DNA of 64,000 nucleotides from Octopus sinensis (lineage: Eukaryota). Position numbers and translations under genes: made by a program. Positions 1 to 15,658 of this stretch are shown here, in pieces; position 1 is the stretch's first letter, and each line of letters begins with the position of its first letter. The notes beneath the pieces were generated by a model, which was not told where the DNA came from, did not search any database, and saw nothing but the letters and a program-made list of their open reading frames with translations. The stretch is from positions 134,850,001 to 134,914,000 of the forward strand of contig NC_042999.1 of the NCBI RefSeq assembly GCF_006345805.1, read 5' to 3'.

Positions 1-350
1 ATCATAATAAACTCATAAAATTTCTTCTGAGTTTTTAATTATCTTACATGGAAGTGGCGAAAGTGATAAAAAGAATTTGGAATTAAATAAAAATATTGCC
101 TTCTGATTTCTAATCACTCATTTCGGAAATTACCCAAACAAGTTAATCAGGATTGAAGCGATAAAATATTTAGTTATTATAAACATCTGATCGACGTATT
201 ATGTCCTGTCTATATCGTTGATACAAGACAATATTTGTATGTAGTGAAAGCATTAAACCTAAGAAAATTGTGTAATATTGGATTAAGTGTGCTAAATATT
301 TGTTTTTGTCCCTCAAAATCAAAATTCTAAACCTGCCAAAATTGGTATCT
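1..350 (+). repeat. Diverged paralogous copy of the polyA/3' flank that follows the 10-Cys exon at 21357-21550 (matches ~21850-22215)
   Basis: ATCATAATAAACTCATAAAATTTCTTCTGAG (1-31) matches ATCACAATAAATTCATAAAATTTCTTTTGAA (~21850). TTTCGGAAATTAC, AAAATATTTAGTT and GATATTTGTAT blocks are collinear. AATAAA at 6-11 and 21855-21860. Confidence 0.8.
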
Positions 351-380
351 TATTTTTGTACTTGATAAAATAACGGTTTC

Positions 381-594
381 AAATTTTGGCACAAGGCCAG
401 CAATTTTAGAGGTGGCGGCAAGACGATTACATCGACTTCCCCAGTGTTGAACTGGTATTTATTTCATCGGCCCCGAAAAGTTGATGTAAGACAAAGTCAT
501 CTGCGGCGGAATATGAACTCAGAACGTAAGGCCAGACGAAATGCCGTGAAGCATTTAGTCCGGCGTGCTAACGATTCTGCCTGCTCGCCGCCTT
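381..594 (-). mobile_element. tRNA-derived SINE with Deu/Nin-type core
   Basis: Reverse strand has a GGCGGCGAGC..GCAGAATCGTTAGCACGCCGG head, a GAGTTCA B-box and a TTTCGGGG.CGAT..AATA...TACCAGTT core. Many copies in the window. Confidence 0.8.
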
Positions 595-612
595 CTTACA
601 TTATCAAATAAT

Positions 613-840
613 TCTTTCTATATTAGGCACAAGGCCTGAAATTTTGAGGTGGGTGGGGATGGGGTGGTTAAGTCGATAAGATTGACCCCAGTACTCAACT
701 GTTACTAAATTTATCAACCCCGAAAGGACCCCGAAAGGCAAAGATGACCTCAGCGGAATTCAAACTCAGAATGTAAAGACGGACGAAATGCCGCGAAGCA
801 TTTTGTCCGGCGTGCTAACGATTCGGCCAGCTCACCGCTT
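613..840 (-). mobile_element. Deu/Nin-type SINE with 20-bp target-site duplication
   Basis: Same family as 381-594. Flanked by TTCTTACATTATCAAATAAT at 593-612 and at 840-855 + 1250-1253, the right copy being split by a Helitron. Confidence 0.8.
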
Positions 841-855
841 TCTTACATTATCAAA

Positions 856-1249
856 TCTTTATATTTTTATATATAAAAGTGAGGTTGTGTGCTGTCTGTC
901 TCCTACGATTTAGATTCATAACTACTCCCACATTTTGCAGTGCAGTTTAACCAAAACCGGGTATCTTATAGTCGTGATTCATGTCGAGCCCTTCTGGGTA
1001 TTAGCGCGCGTCTACGATGAGTAAAAAAATTTACCATCAATTTTTCCCATTTTTAATGCAGTTTTGGCATATATAAGGGAAGTAACTCTCTAAAAATGTA
1101 TTATTAAATCTCAGAACGTAAAAAGCTACAGTAACACTCTCCCCTTTGTGGTTAGCCATATTGAGATGGCTATTATACTTTACATCTCTAAAAATGCTTA
1201 TATAGTTATTTCCCTTACAAATCCGAGCAACGCCGGGCGATACTGCTAG
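856..1249 (+). mobile_element. Non-autonomous Helitron
   Basis: 5' TC, 3' GC-rich hairpin CCGAGCAACGCCGG followed by CTAG, inserted between A and T. Near-identical copy at 2555-2952. Confidence 0.8.
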
Positions 1250-1399
1250 TAATAACATGAAATAATAAACTAGGATCACCTACATGACTTACCTTACATT
1301 TTCGCGTTACAGATATAGAGAGACAGGGGAGAGAGAAAATTATCTAGAAAAACAGACAAACAGACAAACAGACAGACAAGCGGAGAGCAAATAGAATGT

Positions 1400-1755
1400 C
1401 ATGCGATATTTCTTCCGACTCTTTACGTTCTGGATTCAGTCACGTTGAGTTTGATTTTGTCCTCCATCGTTTCAAGGTAGATAAAATAAGAACAAGTCAA
1501 GTACTGGGGTCGATGCAGTCGACTAACCCTCTCCCTCTAAAATTGCTGGCCTTGTGTCAAAATTTGAAGCAATTAAAGGCGGTGAGCAGGTAAAAATCAT
1601 TAGAGCATCGAACCAAATGCTTAGTGGCATTTCTTCCGGCTCTTTACGTTTTAAGTTCAAATATCACCCAGATTATCTTTGCCTTTCATCCTTAAAATAT
1701 AATCGACTAACCACTCCCTCTAAACTCACTTGCATTGTGCCAAAATGTGAAACCT
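1400..1755 (+). mobile_element. Two tandem degraded Deu/Nin-type SINE copies
   Basis: CTGGGGTCGATG..TCGACT and AAATTGCTGGCCTTGTG motifs, then a second head AAGGCGGTGAGC at ~1575. Confidence 0.65.
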
Positions 1756-1783
1756 AGATAGATAGATATATAGATAGATAGAT

Positions 1784-2040
1784 AAGTTTCTTTATTGGCC
1801 ACACAGGGCTGCACACAGATGGGACAAGTTACAAGGTAGAGCTTTTCTTTTGGGGGATGAAAAAAACAAAAGAAAAAAAAAGGGGTGGCGTAGGTTTTCG
1901 ATCAAGAGGGATCGTAAAAGGGAAGAAAAGAACAAAAAAAATAAATAAATAAATAAATAAATAAAATAAAAAATAAAAAGAATAAAAAGAAGAAAAAAAA
2001 GAAAAGGAAAAGGAACAAAAGAAAAGAGAAATGAAAAAGA
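1784..2040 (-). mobile_element. Retroelement 3' fragment embedded in a (TAGA)n microsatellite
   Basis: Reverse strand ends GTGCAGCCCTGTGTGGCCAATAAAGAAACTT followed by (ATCT)n. (TAGA)n lies on both sides (1755-1783 and 2041-2134). Confidence 0.5.
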
Positions 2041-2136
<96 letters not shown>

Positions 2137-2468
2137 GCAGGCAGATAGGGAGAGAGTTTAATTCAGTCAGATAATGTCATTAAGCTCAACATTCAAAGTT
2201 TCCACGTGTAAATGTAACATGCGTTGTTAGTCAACCATGATGCAGCTAAGATTGTTGAAAATAAAAACAAAAAAGAGAAGATATTTCAACAGATGGACGC
2301 ATACTTTTTATTTGCTTGCACGATAATGTTTTGATACCGTGTGACTTTTAATCACTGATCAACGAAATGCAAACACTTTGTAAGGTTTGGTGAGGCAAGG
2401 GGGAAAAAATTAAGGAGTCTGAGATAAAAGATATAATCTGATGTCAGCATACATATTCACGTTTACGA

Positions 2469-2554
<86 letters not shown>

Positions 2555-2559
<5 letters not shown>

Positions 2560-2952
2560 AAAGTGAGGCTGTGTGGTGTCTGTCTCCTATGATTTAGATT
2601 CATAACTACTCCCATATTTTGCGGTGCAGTTTAACCAAAAGCGGGTATCTTATAGTCGTGATTCATATCGAGCCCTTCTGGGTATTAGCGCGCGTCTACG
2701 ATCAGTCTACGATTAAAAAAAAAATTTACCATCATTTTTTTCCCATTTTTAATTCCTTTTTTTTTTTGCTATTATATAAGGGAAGTAACTCTCTAAAAAT
2801 GTATTATTAAATCTCAGAACATAAAAAGCTACAGTAACACTCTCCCCTTTGTGGTTAGCCATATTGAGATGGCTATTATACTTTACATCTCTAAAAATGC
2901 TTATATAGTTATTTCCCTTACAAATCCGAGCAACGCCGGGCGATACTGCTAG
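2555..2952 (+). mobile_element. Non-autonomous Helitron, second copy
   Basis: Near-identical to 856-1249. Ends GCAACGCCGGGCGATACTGCTAG|T. Confidence 0.8.
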
Positions 2953-3349
2953 TAATATATAAATCCCGTCCTGTCTGTCTGTTTTTTATGCGCTTATAAC
3001 TCGAGTATTGTTCATCCGATCACGCTGAAATTTTAAACATGAATACACGAGAGAGTGGGGCGTTCTGTAATCTAAAAAGATTTTCAAAATTGTCAGTTTC
3101 AAAGTGAGAATCGCTATTTTTGTAATATTTTTGTCCTGTTTCTTCCGCCATCCTGTTCATTAACCGACGTTCTAAACAATTCATTTCTACATTTTCATAT
3201 TTAAATGACAGTTATATTTAAATAAAGCTTGCTATTTGTTAATACAGTCTCATTTTGATTTAAATATTAGTCCACGAACAACGGTACTCATTTCTGCGTT
3301 TTCCCGTTTTTGTAAGCAGCTACAAAAAAATCGATATCACTCTAACTTT

Positions 3350-3824
3350 AATTAACTGTAATCAATCACGTGCATTCGCGGTCAAATGTGTTCTTACAGT
3401 TGTTTTTCGTGCAATAAACCAGCTGACTTGATAAACTACTAGGAAAAGACATTACTTTAAGTGAGCAAAAAAAGTGAAACTAAAGCAAATAAATAACTGG
3501 TGATTACTCAGTTTTCTGAAGATATTTTCGACAATATTCAATTGAAAATAGAAAAGACTAATTGATTGCTTATAAAACGTGAAAAATTTGATGGGGTTAC
3601 ATCTAAAACCTTGCCTAACATTTTTCACTCAACTTTTTGAGATGAAATTGATTTGCAAAGAATATGCCTTATGTTATTTTATTGCACATTGTGATATTTC
3701 ACCCCCGAGTTTCAACTCTTTTTTCGTTAGTTTTTGAGAGAAGAGAGACTTCCCTAAGCTTTTTTGCGCCTTTATTTAGTAGCAGTTTTTGACCGCGAAT
3801 GCACATGGTTAATTACAGTTAATT
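3350..3824. mobile_element. MITE-like element with 37-bp terminal inverted repeats
   Basis: AATTAACTGTAATCAATCACGTGCATTCGCGGTCAAA (3350-3386) is the near-perfect reverse complement of 3788-3824. Confidence 0.6.
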
Positions 3825-4199
3825 AATTTGAACGCTTTGAGAACGGCGAGAGAGACAGGGAAAGCCGTTTACACTTGAAGGAAACCAGGCCAGAAGTGTT
3901 TTCAGAGTTTATGCACAATGTAAGATTCCAATAATATTTTTGAGTAAACACTATCTGGGAGATTTTTCTTATAGTAGAAGAAATGGCTAAAAAAACTTTT
4001 TGGCTGCTATTTCTAAAAATTTCAGTATGTGGTGAAGTAAATTATTTTACTGAGCCCTAATTATATAACGTAATATTTTGAACATACCTTGAATGGTCCT
4101 TTTCCATATTGAACACTACTTGGTGAAATTAATTAATAATTAATTGATTTTACCCTTTTATTATTGATATATATATATATATATAAAACACCGTGTATA

Positions 4200-4750
4200 A
4201 ATTCTGTACTTGGAACGACCAATTTTAAATACTGTTGATCTTATTCATAAGGTATTGGAATCTTACATTGTGTATAAACTCTATATTTGGAATGAATAAT
4301 TTTAAATGCTGTTGGATTTTTCTCATAAGGTATTGGAATCTTACATATATACCATTCTGCCTAAAAAGTGGATCTACAAATTCAACATCCCTACATATCT
4401 CACATCTATTTTCTTTCCTCCACCTCACTCTCTATTTTGTATCCCATCTAAATTAATTATTAATTAACCATCATGTCACACCATCTCCGATGAAGGGATA
4501 TAATTAATAAATACCCTGGAAACAGCTGTAATACCTTCTATCTATAAATGTTCTAATATCTACACAGCCTTGTTTTTTTTTAATCACATTTCGCAAAAAC
4601 TTTTATTTACACACGCTGACATATGACCAACGTTGAACCCCTTATTCGCAAAATCACCGAACCTGGAACTTAACTATGGTCTGTCTATACCACTTATTCA
4701 GCATTACCTGACACCTTTGGGTCTCAATGACACCATTACCTCTTATAACC
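4200..4750 (+). mobile_element. Penelope-like pLTR remnant with variant hammerhead-like motif (4481-4535)
   Basis: CCGATGA-AGGGAT..ATACCCT-GGAAACAGCTGTA, a hammerhead-like core with palindromic stem III. Stem I is not evident. Confidence 0.45.
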
Positions 4751-5261
4751 TATATATATATATATAGTACGGGACAAAGTACTAAAGGAAATCTAACCTC
4801 TCCTCGGTTGTTGGTTGTTAATAACTCCCTATTTCGAGCTTTCAGCAACAAGATAGAAAATCTTCATAAAACAGCAGCATCCAGAAATTTTAAAGATATA
4901 TAATTTGTGGAGAGATAGGGCTTCGGACGACCAAACAGCATCAGAGTGGACGTACAGAGTAAATAATCGACGAAGACAAACATTAAGGGCCGTTAGGCCA
5001 ATGCAACATTGTGATGGGCAACGCTTGGGAGAAATTTTGAAAGGATATAGAATAGATACAAGAGAAGAAAATAGTAGAAGGGAAAAAAGAGAAAAAAAAT
5101 TGTTGGGAGGCGCGAAAAATGAAGTGGAAGTCGCCACCAAAAAAGGCAGAAGTGAGAGAAATGGCCTGTAGTCACGTGTGTGTATGTTTGCTTGTATGTG
5201 TGTGCGTGTGTGTGTGTGTGCATGTGTGTGCATGTTTGTGCGTACATGCATACACACACAT

Positions 5262-5302
<41 letters not shown>

Positions 5303-5334
5303 AATATATATATACATATATTTGCATATATATA

Positions 5335-5494
5335 CGACGGGCTTCTTTCAGTTCCCGTTTCCCAAATCCACTCACAAGGCTTTTGTCGCCTAAGGTTACA
5401 ATAGAAGACACTGCTCTAGGTGCCACGCAGTGAGACTGAACCTGGAGCCATGTGGTTGGGAGGCAAGCTTCTTATCACACAACCAAGCCTATGG

Positions 5495-5498
<4 letters not shown>
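5335..5498 (-). mobile_element. tRNA-derived SINE, family 2 (GGCACCTTGGGCAAGTGTCTTCT core), 5' part
   Basis: Reverse complement of the head and core seen in the full copy at 51968-52359. Confidence 0.75.
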
Positions 5499-5545
<47 letters not shown>

Positions 5546-5574
5546 GATATATATATTATATATATATATATATT

Positions 5575-5604
<30 letters not shown>

Positions 5605-5605
<1 letters not shown>

Positions 5606-7070
5606 TATACATATATATGCATATATGGGTGCAGGGCGTTACCAATTGTAATCAACATAAAGTAGGAAAACAAGAGAGTTAAATACGCAAACAACGAGAG
5701 AAAAAACACGATTGAAAACATGACAAGTAACACAAAGAATGACCCTTCATCAGTTGTCGGTTGTCTATTTACGCCTCGTTTCGAGCATTCAAAGATAATA
5801 TGAGTCTTCGAAAACAGTTGCTCCCATAACTTCCAAAATAAATTTTGGATTTTATGTAGGGTCAAAGTTGGGAACAAAAACAGGACAGTGGAGACATACA
5901 AGGAAACCAAATAAAAACAAACATTGAGGGTCATTAGACCAGAACGAGGGGTAAAATAGTGAACGCTGGAAAAATATTTCCTTTGAAAAGAGAAGAAATA
6001 GAAGACTCCAGTCATCAGAACGTCGTGTAAGAAAAGAAAGATGGTCCAGAAAGATGGACGATGGTCACGTATGAACAACGAGAGAGAGAGAGAGAGAGAG
6101 AAAAGGAGAAAGAGGGATGTGGATGTGTATGTTTTGCTTGTACGGTGTGGTGGAGGTCGGGCGGCTCTCAATTGACCAACCGTGCGGAAGATAATGATAA
6201 TTTTAAATTCAAATCCAATAGTGTATTTATGTCATAAGTAAAATTACTAACTGGAACCCGGACATATATCATTTTAAATTCAAATCCAACAGTGTATTTA
6301 TGTCATAAGGAAAATTACTAACTGGAACCCAGACATAAATATATACTGCTCTGGATCCTAATGTAAGCGTTATTAATAATATTATGAATGATAATAATGA
6401 TAACATTAATGATATTGACAACGATAATGATGTTAACTTAATGACGCTTTAGAAATGTTTGAAGCAATATAATGTACTATTGACTATGTATTTTGCATCT
6501 AGGTACTAATTTGTGTATGTTTATTATCACAATATTGAGTCGAAAAACTGAGACATTGGATGTAGAACCACATATATATGTTTACTTATTTATATTATTT
6601 ACTTATATCATTATGTATATGTATATTTTTATATGTATAAGAGTGTGAGTATATGCACTCATATGTATATGTATATGTTGTATTATGGGTATGCACCCAC
6701 ACCCATGTGGGTATATATGTAGACTGATTTATATTACATAATCTCCGAAGAGGCCTTATGATATTTTTGTAAATGTCTCATTTCTATCTATATATTGACC
6801 TACCATAAAGAGCTAATATTGGTAAAATGAGACATACTTATCTACATGGCCGAAACAGCTGTAAGACGAAATTCATACTTATATTTATATTTACTTATAT
6901 TTATATTCTCTTTTATATATATTCTACTTATTATACAACATTACTTTTTTATGTACACTTTTTTATGTACATTCATTTATGTACACTGATTTGTTCTGCT
7001 TTTATATCTAACCCTACAGTCTCTTATGTGGTGGTTTAATAAAGTATGAGATTGAGTATTATATGGTAAT
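5605..7070. mobile_element. Penelope-like pLTR remnants with variant hammerhead-like motif at 6742-6866 (+)
   Basis: TCT-CCGAAGA-GGCC..(long AT-rich stem)..GGCC-GAAACAGCTGTA-AGA. Confidence 0.45.
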
Positions 7071-7109
7071 TGATATTTGATTTAGATGTATTTCTCTATT
7101 TTCTTATCT

Positions 7110-7165
<56 letters not shown>

Positions 7166-7218
7166 CACACACATATATATATATACACACACATATATAT
7201 ATATATATATAATATATA

Positions 7219-7263
<45 letters not shown>

Positions 7264-7270
7264 ATATATA

Positions 7271-11763
<4,493 letters not shown>

Positions 11764-11781
11764 TATTATAATATATATATA

Positions 11782-11814
<33 letters not shown>

Positions 11815-11815
<1 letters not shown>

Positions 11816-12420
11816 CGCGAGAAAGAAGCAACAAGAATGGATAGGTTTTTAGTATAATCGTTTCATACAAGGACAGGCTTTATTAAAAGTTGCAAAAATT
11901 GCAGCATATAAACGTGTCCCGTACTCATCAGCTAAAATACATGTGAGTTCTCTAGACATCCTAGTGGTTGAGGCTATACTCATGAAGTAATGTAGATAAT
12001 TAAGTAACATAAATAGATTTCCAAAGTTCATTAAAGTTCTTTAAAGATGATGTACAATCTTATCACAGAATTTTAAAAAAGTTTTAATAGCATCACAGAG
12101 AAGGTGACCTAATCCATAGTGTACATATGAATTTCCAGAGATATGAGGAGGGATTACATACTCACAGACGACAAATTTATCCATTGCTAATCACAACGAG
12201 GTGGGTCTCAATTCCTGCTTATTAGCATTACAGAGAGGGTGAATTAATCCTTTGTATAGATGCACAATTTCCAATGGTGTAGATGTAAATTTCCAGAGAA
12301 ATGAAGAGGAATTTCATATTCACAGGCGATAAATTTATCAATGGTTGAACACAATGAGGTAGGTATCAATTCTTGCTATATGATTAGGTATTTGCCACAT
12401 TAATCACATTACTGCTATTT
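11815..12420 (-). mobile_element. Penelope-like pLTR remnant with hammerhead motif (11849-11935) and ~160-bp internal direct repeat
   Basis: Reverse strand TTAG-CTGATGA-GTACGGGACA..TGTCCTTGTAT-GAAACGATTATA-CTAA. Same terminal sequence family (AAGCAACAAGAATGGAT) as 55718-58066. Confidence 0.65.
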
Positions 12421-12437
12421 TCAAGACTGTAGCTATT

Positions 12438-12488
<51 letters not shown>

Positions 12489-13029
12489 TTCAACCACGCT
12501 GGTGGTTCAATATATTCTTAAGTCCACCATTTCGTTAATCGCAGTAGCTTCCAAGCTTCCCACTAATTCAATTCTCAACAAAATTGCAAACTGTTAATAG
12601 TTTTAGAGAGGACATCTCTTCAGCTACATTTGGCATAAATAATTTGAAATTTGGTTCAGTAGAAAAAAGTCACATCAAAATATGTCAGACCTCAAGGTGG
12701 GCAGTAAGGCAGATATTCTTCTTCAATTAACATAACTTTTTTTTTAATTTTCAAATAAAAGTATACTTTTATTAAGCTTAAATGAAAGAAAAATGCATGA
12801 GGACTTCAGAATCGTTAGTCGCATTGAACAAAAATTAGTAGAAAAAGAGTTATGAGGTAAAACGTCACAAAATGTAATGTCAGTAAGTGAGGAAGTAAGA
12901 AGTAACGCCCCCAGTAATAAGAATATATTTCTAAAATGAATGCTTTCTTCCTAAGGCGGCGAGCTGGCGGAAACGTTATCCCTCCGAGCAGAATGCGTAA
13001 CAGAATTTCGTCTGTCTTTACATAATTTA

Positions 13030-13560
13030 TGTCATAAAATGCTCGGGCTGCCACCAAGACTACGTGGGATCCACGGGACTATCACTCAGACGTAGATGCA
13101 CACTGCATCGACAACAGATTGCATTCCCAGAATACAGAATGATACCTTTTAGTGAGCACATTGAGAAATGCGCAAAGCAACTACTACAACAATTTTTAAT
13201 CTTTCCATTTTACCAATGTGCTATCGGATCACCAACACAAACTAGACTAAATAATGAAACATTCTTCATTGAAAAGTACAAGCCCAGACTTAACCATTCC
13301 AACATACTTATACAGAGAAATTCACCCCAAAGGAAAGGAAAAGAATTTTAAGCGATTATCTCCCTTACACCGGAAGAAATCACTTATTACCTCCCCTTAT
13401 TTAGAACTCTTTTCAACATAAGCATAACGATAACTCTCCTCAACATAAACATAACGACGTAAGAAATTTGAAAAGCTAAACGCGAAACCGGTCTTTCTTC
13501 TAAATTATGTCATTGTAAGAAAAAAATTCATAATATTCTTCAGACATATTGACTTAAATA
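13030..13560 (+). mobile_element. Penelope-like element 3' fragment (GIY-YIG endonuclease C-terminus)
   Basis: QDYVGSTGLSLRRRCTLHRQQI...FSEHIEKC...ETFFIEKYKPRLN, similar to the 28500-29020 fragment. Confidence 0.7.
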
Positions 13561-13684
13561 TATATTCTTTAACCTTTTAAAACAAGCCTTCTGTAGTTTT
13601 TTCACTTTTTACTATTTTATATATATATATATATATACATGCACACAATACACATACAGACACACACATATATATATATATATA

Positions 13685-13848
13685 TGACGGGCTTCTTTCA
13701 GTTTCCGTTTCCCAAATACACTCACAAGGCTTTGGTTCCCTGAGATTATAGTAGAAGTCACCTACCCCAGGTTCCACGCAGTGAGGCTGAACCCTGAACC
13801 CGGAGCCATGTGGTTGGGGGGCAAGCCTCTTGTCACACAGCCAAGCCT

Positions 13849-13850
<2 letters not shown>
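13685..13850 (-). mobile_element. tRNA-derived SINE, family 2, 5' part
   Basis: GACGGGCTTCTTTCAGTTTCCGT...CCATGTGGTTGG, matching 5335-5498. Confidence 0.75.
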
Positions 13851-13886
<36 letters not shown>

Positions 13887-13887
13887 A

Positions 13888-13925
<38 letters not shown>

Positions 13926-14218
13926 GGACCAACTTACACAGAGTACAAACGACAGAGAAAATTAAATGGGTGGAAGAAAGGTATTTTAAGTCCAACAGCT
14001 GTTTCTAGGGCTTCGGAGTTAGATAATAATGTTGTTAGATGTAGTCTCCACTCTTTATTTTCTCTCGTTTTGCATGGATACATATATACTTATTTTGTAT
14101 TTCATACCCTGGCCATTATATCGAATATATTTAATATTTGTCTATCCTCATAATTGTCACTGCAATCTCTCTCTCTCACTCACTCACTCTCTCTCTCTCT
14201 CTCTCTATCTGTCTCTCT

Positions 14219-14255
<37 letters not shown>

Positions 14256-14727
14256 TTAGCCGTGGTTGGTCAGGCAACTAGCAATGGTTTCGCACCTACA
14301 AGGCTCCGAGGGGTGTAGGTGACATGTCAGACTTGATAGCCGCGGGCACATTCCTTCGCTTCAACTGAAGATTGGAAAAATAGTGTTCGCCAGCCAGAGT
14401 TGTGAAAAACACAAAACAAAAACAATCCCGAGACAAAATTCTAACGAGCGACAACCTTTCGGAGTGAGGTGGAGTTATTTCCCTTCGACCGGCTTCAGTT
14501 GTGCCTCTTGAAACTAGTGAGCACATACACGCTTTTCGTTCTCTTTTCGGCAAACGGAGAATTTTATGTTCCCAACACAAATATCCTCTGATGAAGGCGG
14601 AATTCCCCGTTTGCCGACTATTCTCCAACATTCTATATATTTTCAACATTTGTTTACACTCCCAGGGCTTTAAATTTTAATATTTCTACTATTCTTGATG
14701 TTATATATTTTATATCTAATATTTTGG
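13926..14727 (+). repeat. Third, partial and more diverged copy of the 2.3-kb unit, cut off where the CR1 LINE begins
   Basis: Starts GGACCAACTTACACAGAG and is collinear with 7271-8168. Stops at ATCTAATATTTTGG (14727). Confidence 0.9.
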
Positions 14728-14902
14728 CTTCTTCACCCTTAATCTGCAATACCTTGTGAATTCTATTTCAAAATTTCATTTCGACATGTATTTTTCTCTT
14801 AACAACTACTCTTTTAAATGACTTCGTTCACTTCCGACTACATGGAATATCAGTTTCTGCTTTTACGGTTTTGAACAACAAAAACAGAAACTTAAACCCC
14901 CT

Positions 14903-15658
14903 ATGTCTTCCTCCCCTATTGCTCTTGGACAACAAAAATTAATCATTCCAGCTGAAGTACATCAACAGGTACAAAAACCAACCATGCCCTCCTCTCCTGA
15001 TGCTTCCCAACTAAAACAGAGATCGACCATCAGCACAGAAGTTGCAGAAATTAGACGAATGATTTCCGCTTTGAGTCGTGAAGTAGCAGGACTCAGAACC
15101 AGTGTCTGTCCAAAAACTCGCAGCGAAGGGTCATATAGGAGTGCCCTGCTCAGCAACTTACCTGTAGCTCGTACAGAACCTCAACGCATCGAGGGAGTTG
15201 CTGCGCCGGCCACTCATGAATTAATAGCCATCGGAGTGCCGGAAGATGTGGCAGATCTGCAGGCATTCATTGGAAACACAGCTAGGGATCTCAGCTGTGT
15301 CCCTCCAAAAAGTGCTTCCCGCCTTGGCCGACCGGGATCCAAACCCAGGCTGATCAGACTGTTGTTTACGGGCTCTACTGAGGCGCGGACATTCCATCTG
15401 GCTGCTGACAGAGCTCGGCGTGACAACATTATCAACTTTAGAACGCGTCCTGGCCTACCACCCGATGTACGCCCAAAGATAAGATCCGTGGCTTCCCTAA
15501 ATCGCAACTCTGTGCCACGGGAGAGTTTTAGCCTCCGCGATGATGGGCAGATCTGGAAATTCGTCAAGTCTGGTGAGTCGTGGATAAGGGATGCCAGTTG
15601 GACTGAACAGACTACACCCACAACAACAACTGGCAATGCAAAAATCTTGGGAAACTAA
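14903..15658 (+). CDS. CR1 LINE ORF1 (251 aa)
   Basis: Open frame directly upstream of ORF2. Contains a coiled-coil-like segment and an RLG..KPRLIRLLF motif typical of LINE ORF1. Confidence 0.75.
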   Translation: MSSSPIALGQQKLIIPAEVHQQVQKPTMPSSPDASQLKQRSTISTEVAEIRRMISALSREVAGLRTSVCPKTRSEGSYRSALLSNLPVARTEPQRIEGVAAPATHELIAIGVPEDVADLQAFIGNTARDLSCVPPKSASRLGRPGSKPRLIRLLFTGSTEARTFHLAADRARRDNIINFRTRPGLPPDVRPKIRSVASLNRNSVPRESFSLRDDGQIWKFVKSGESWIRDASWTEQTTPTTTTGNAKILGN

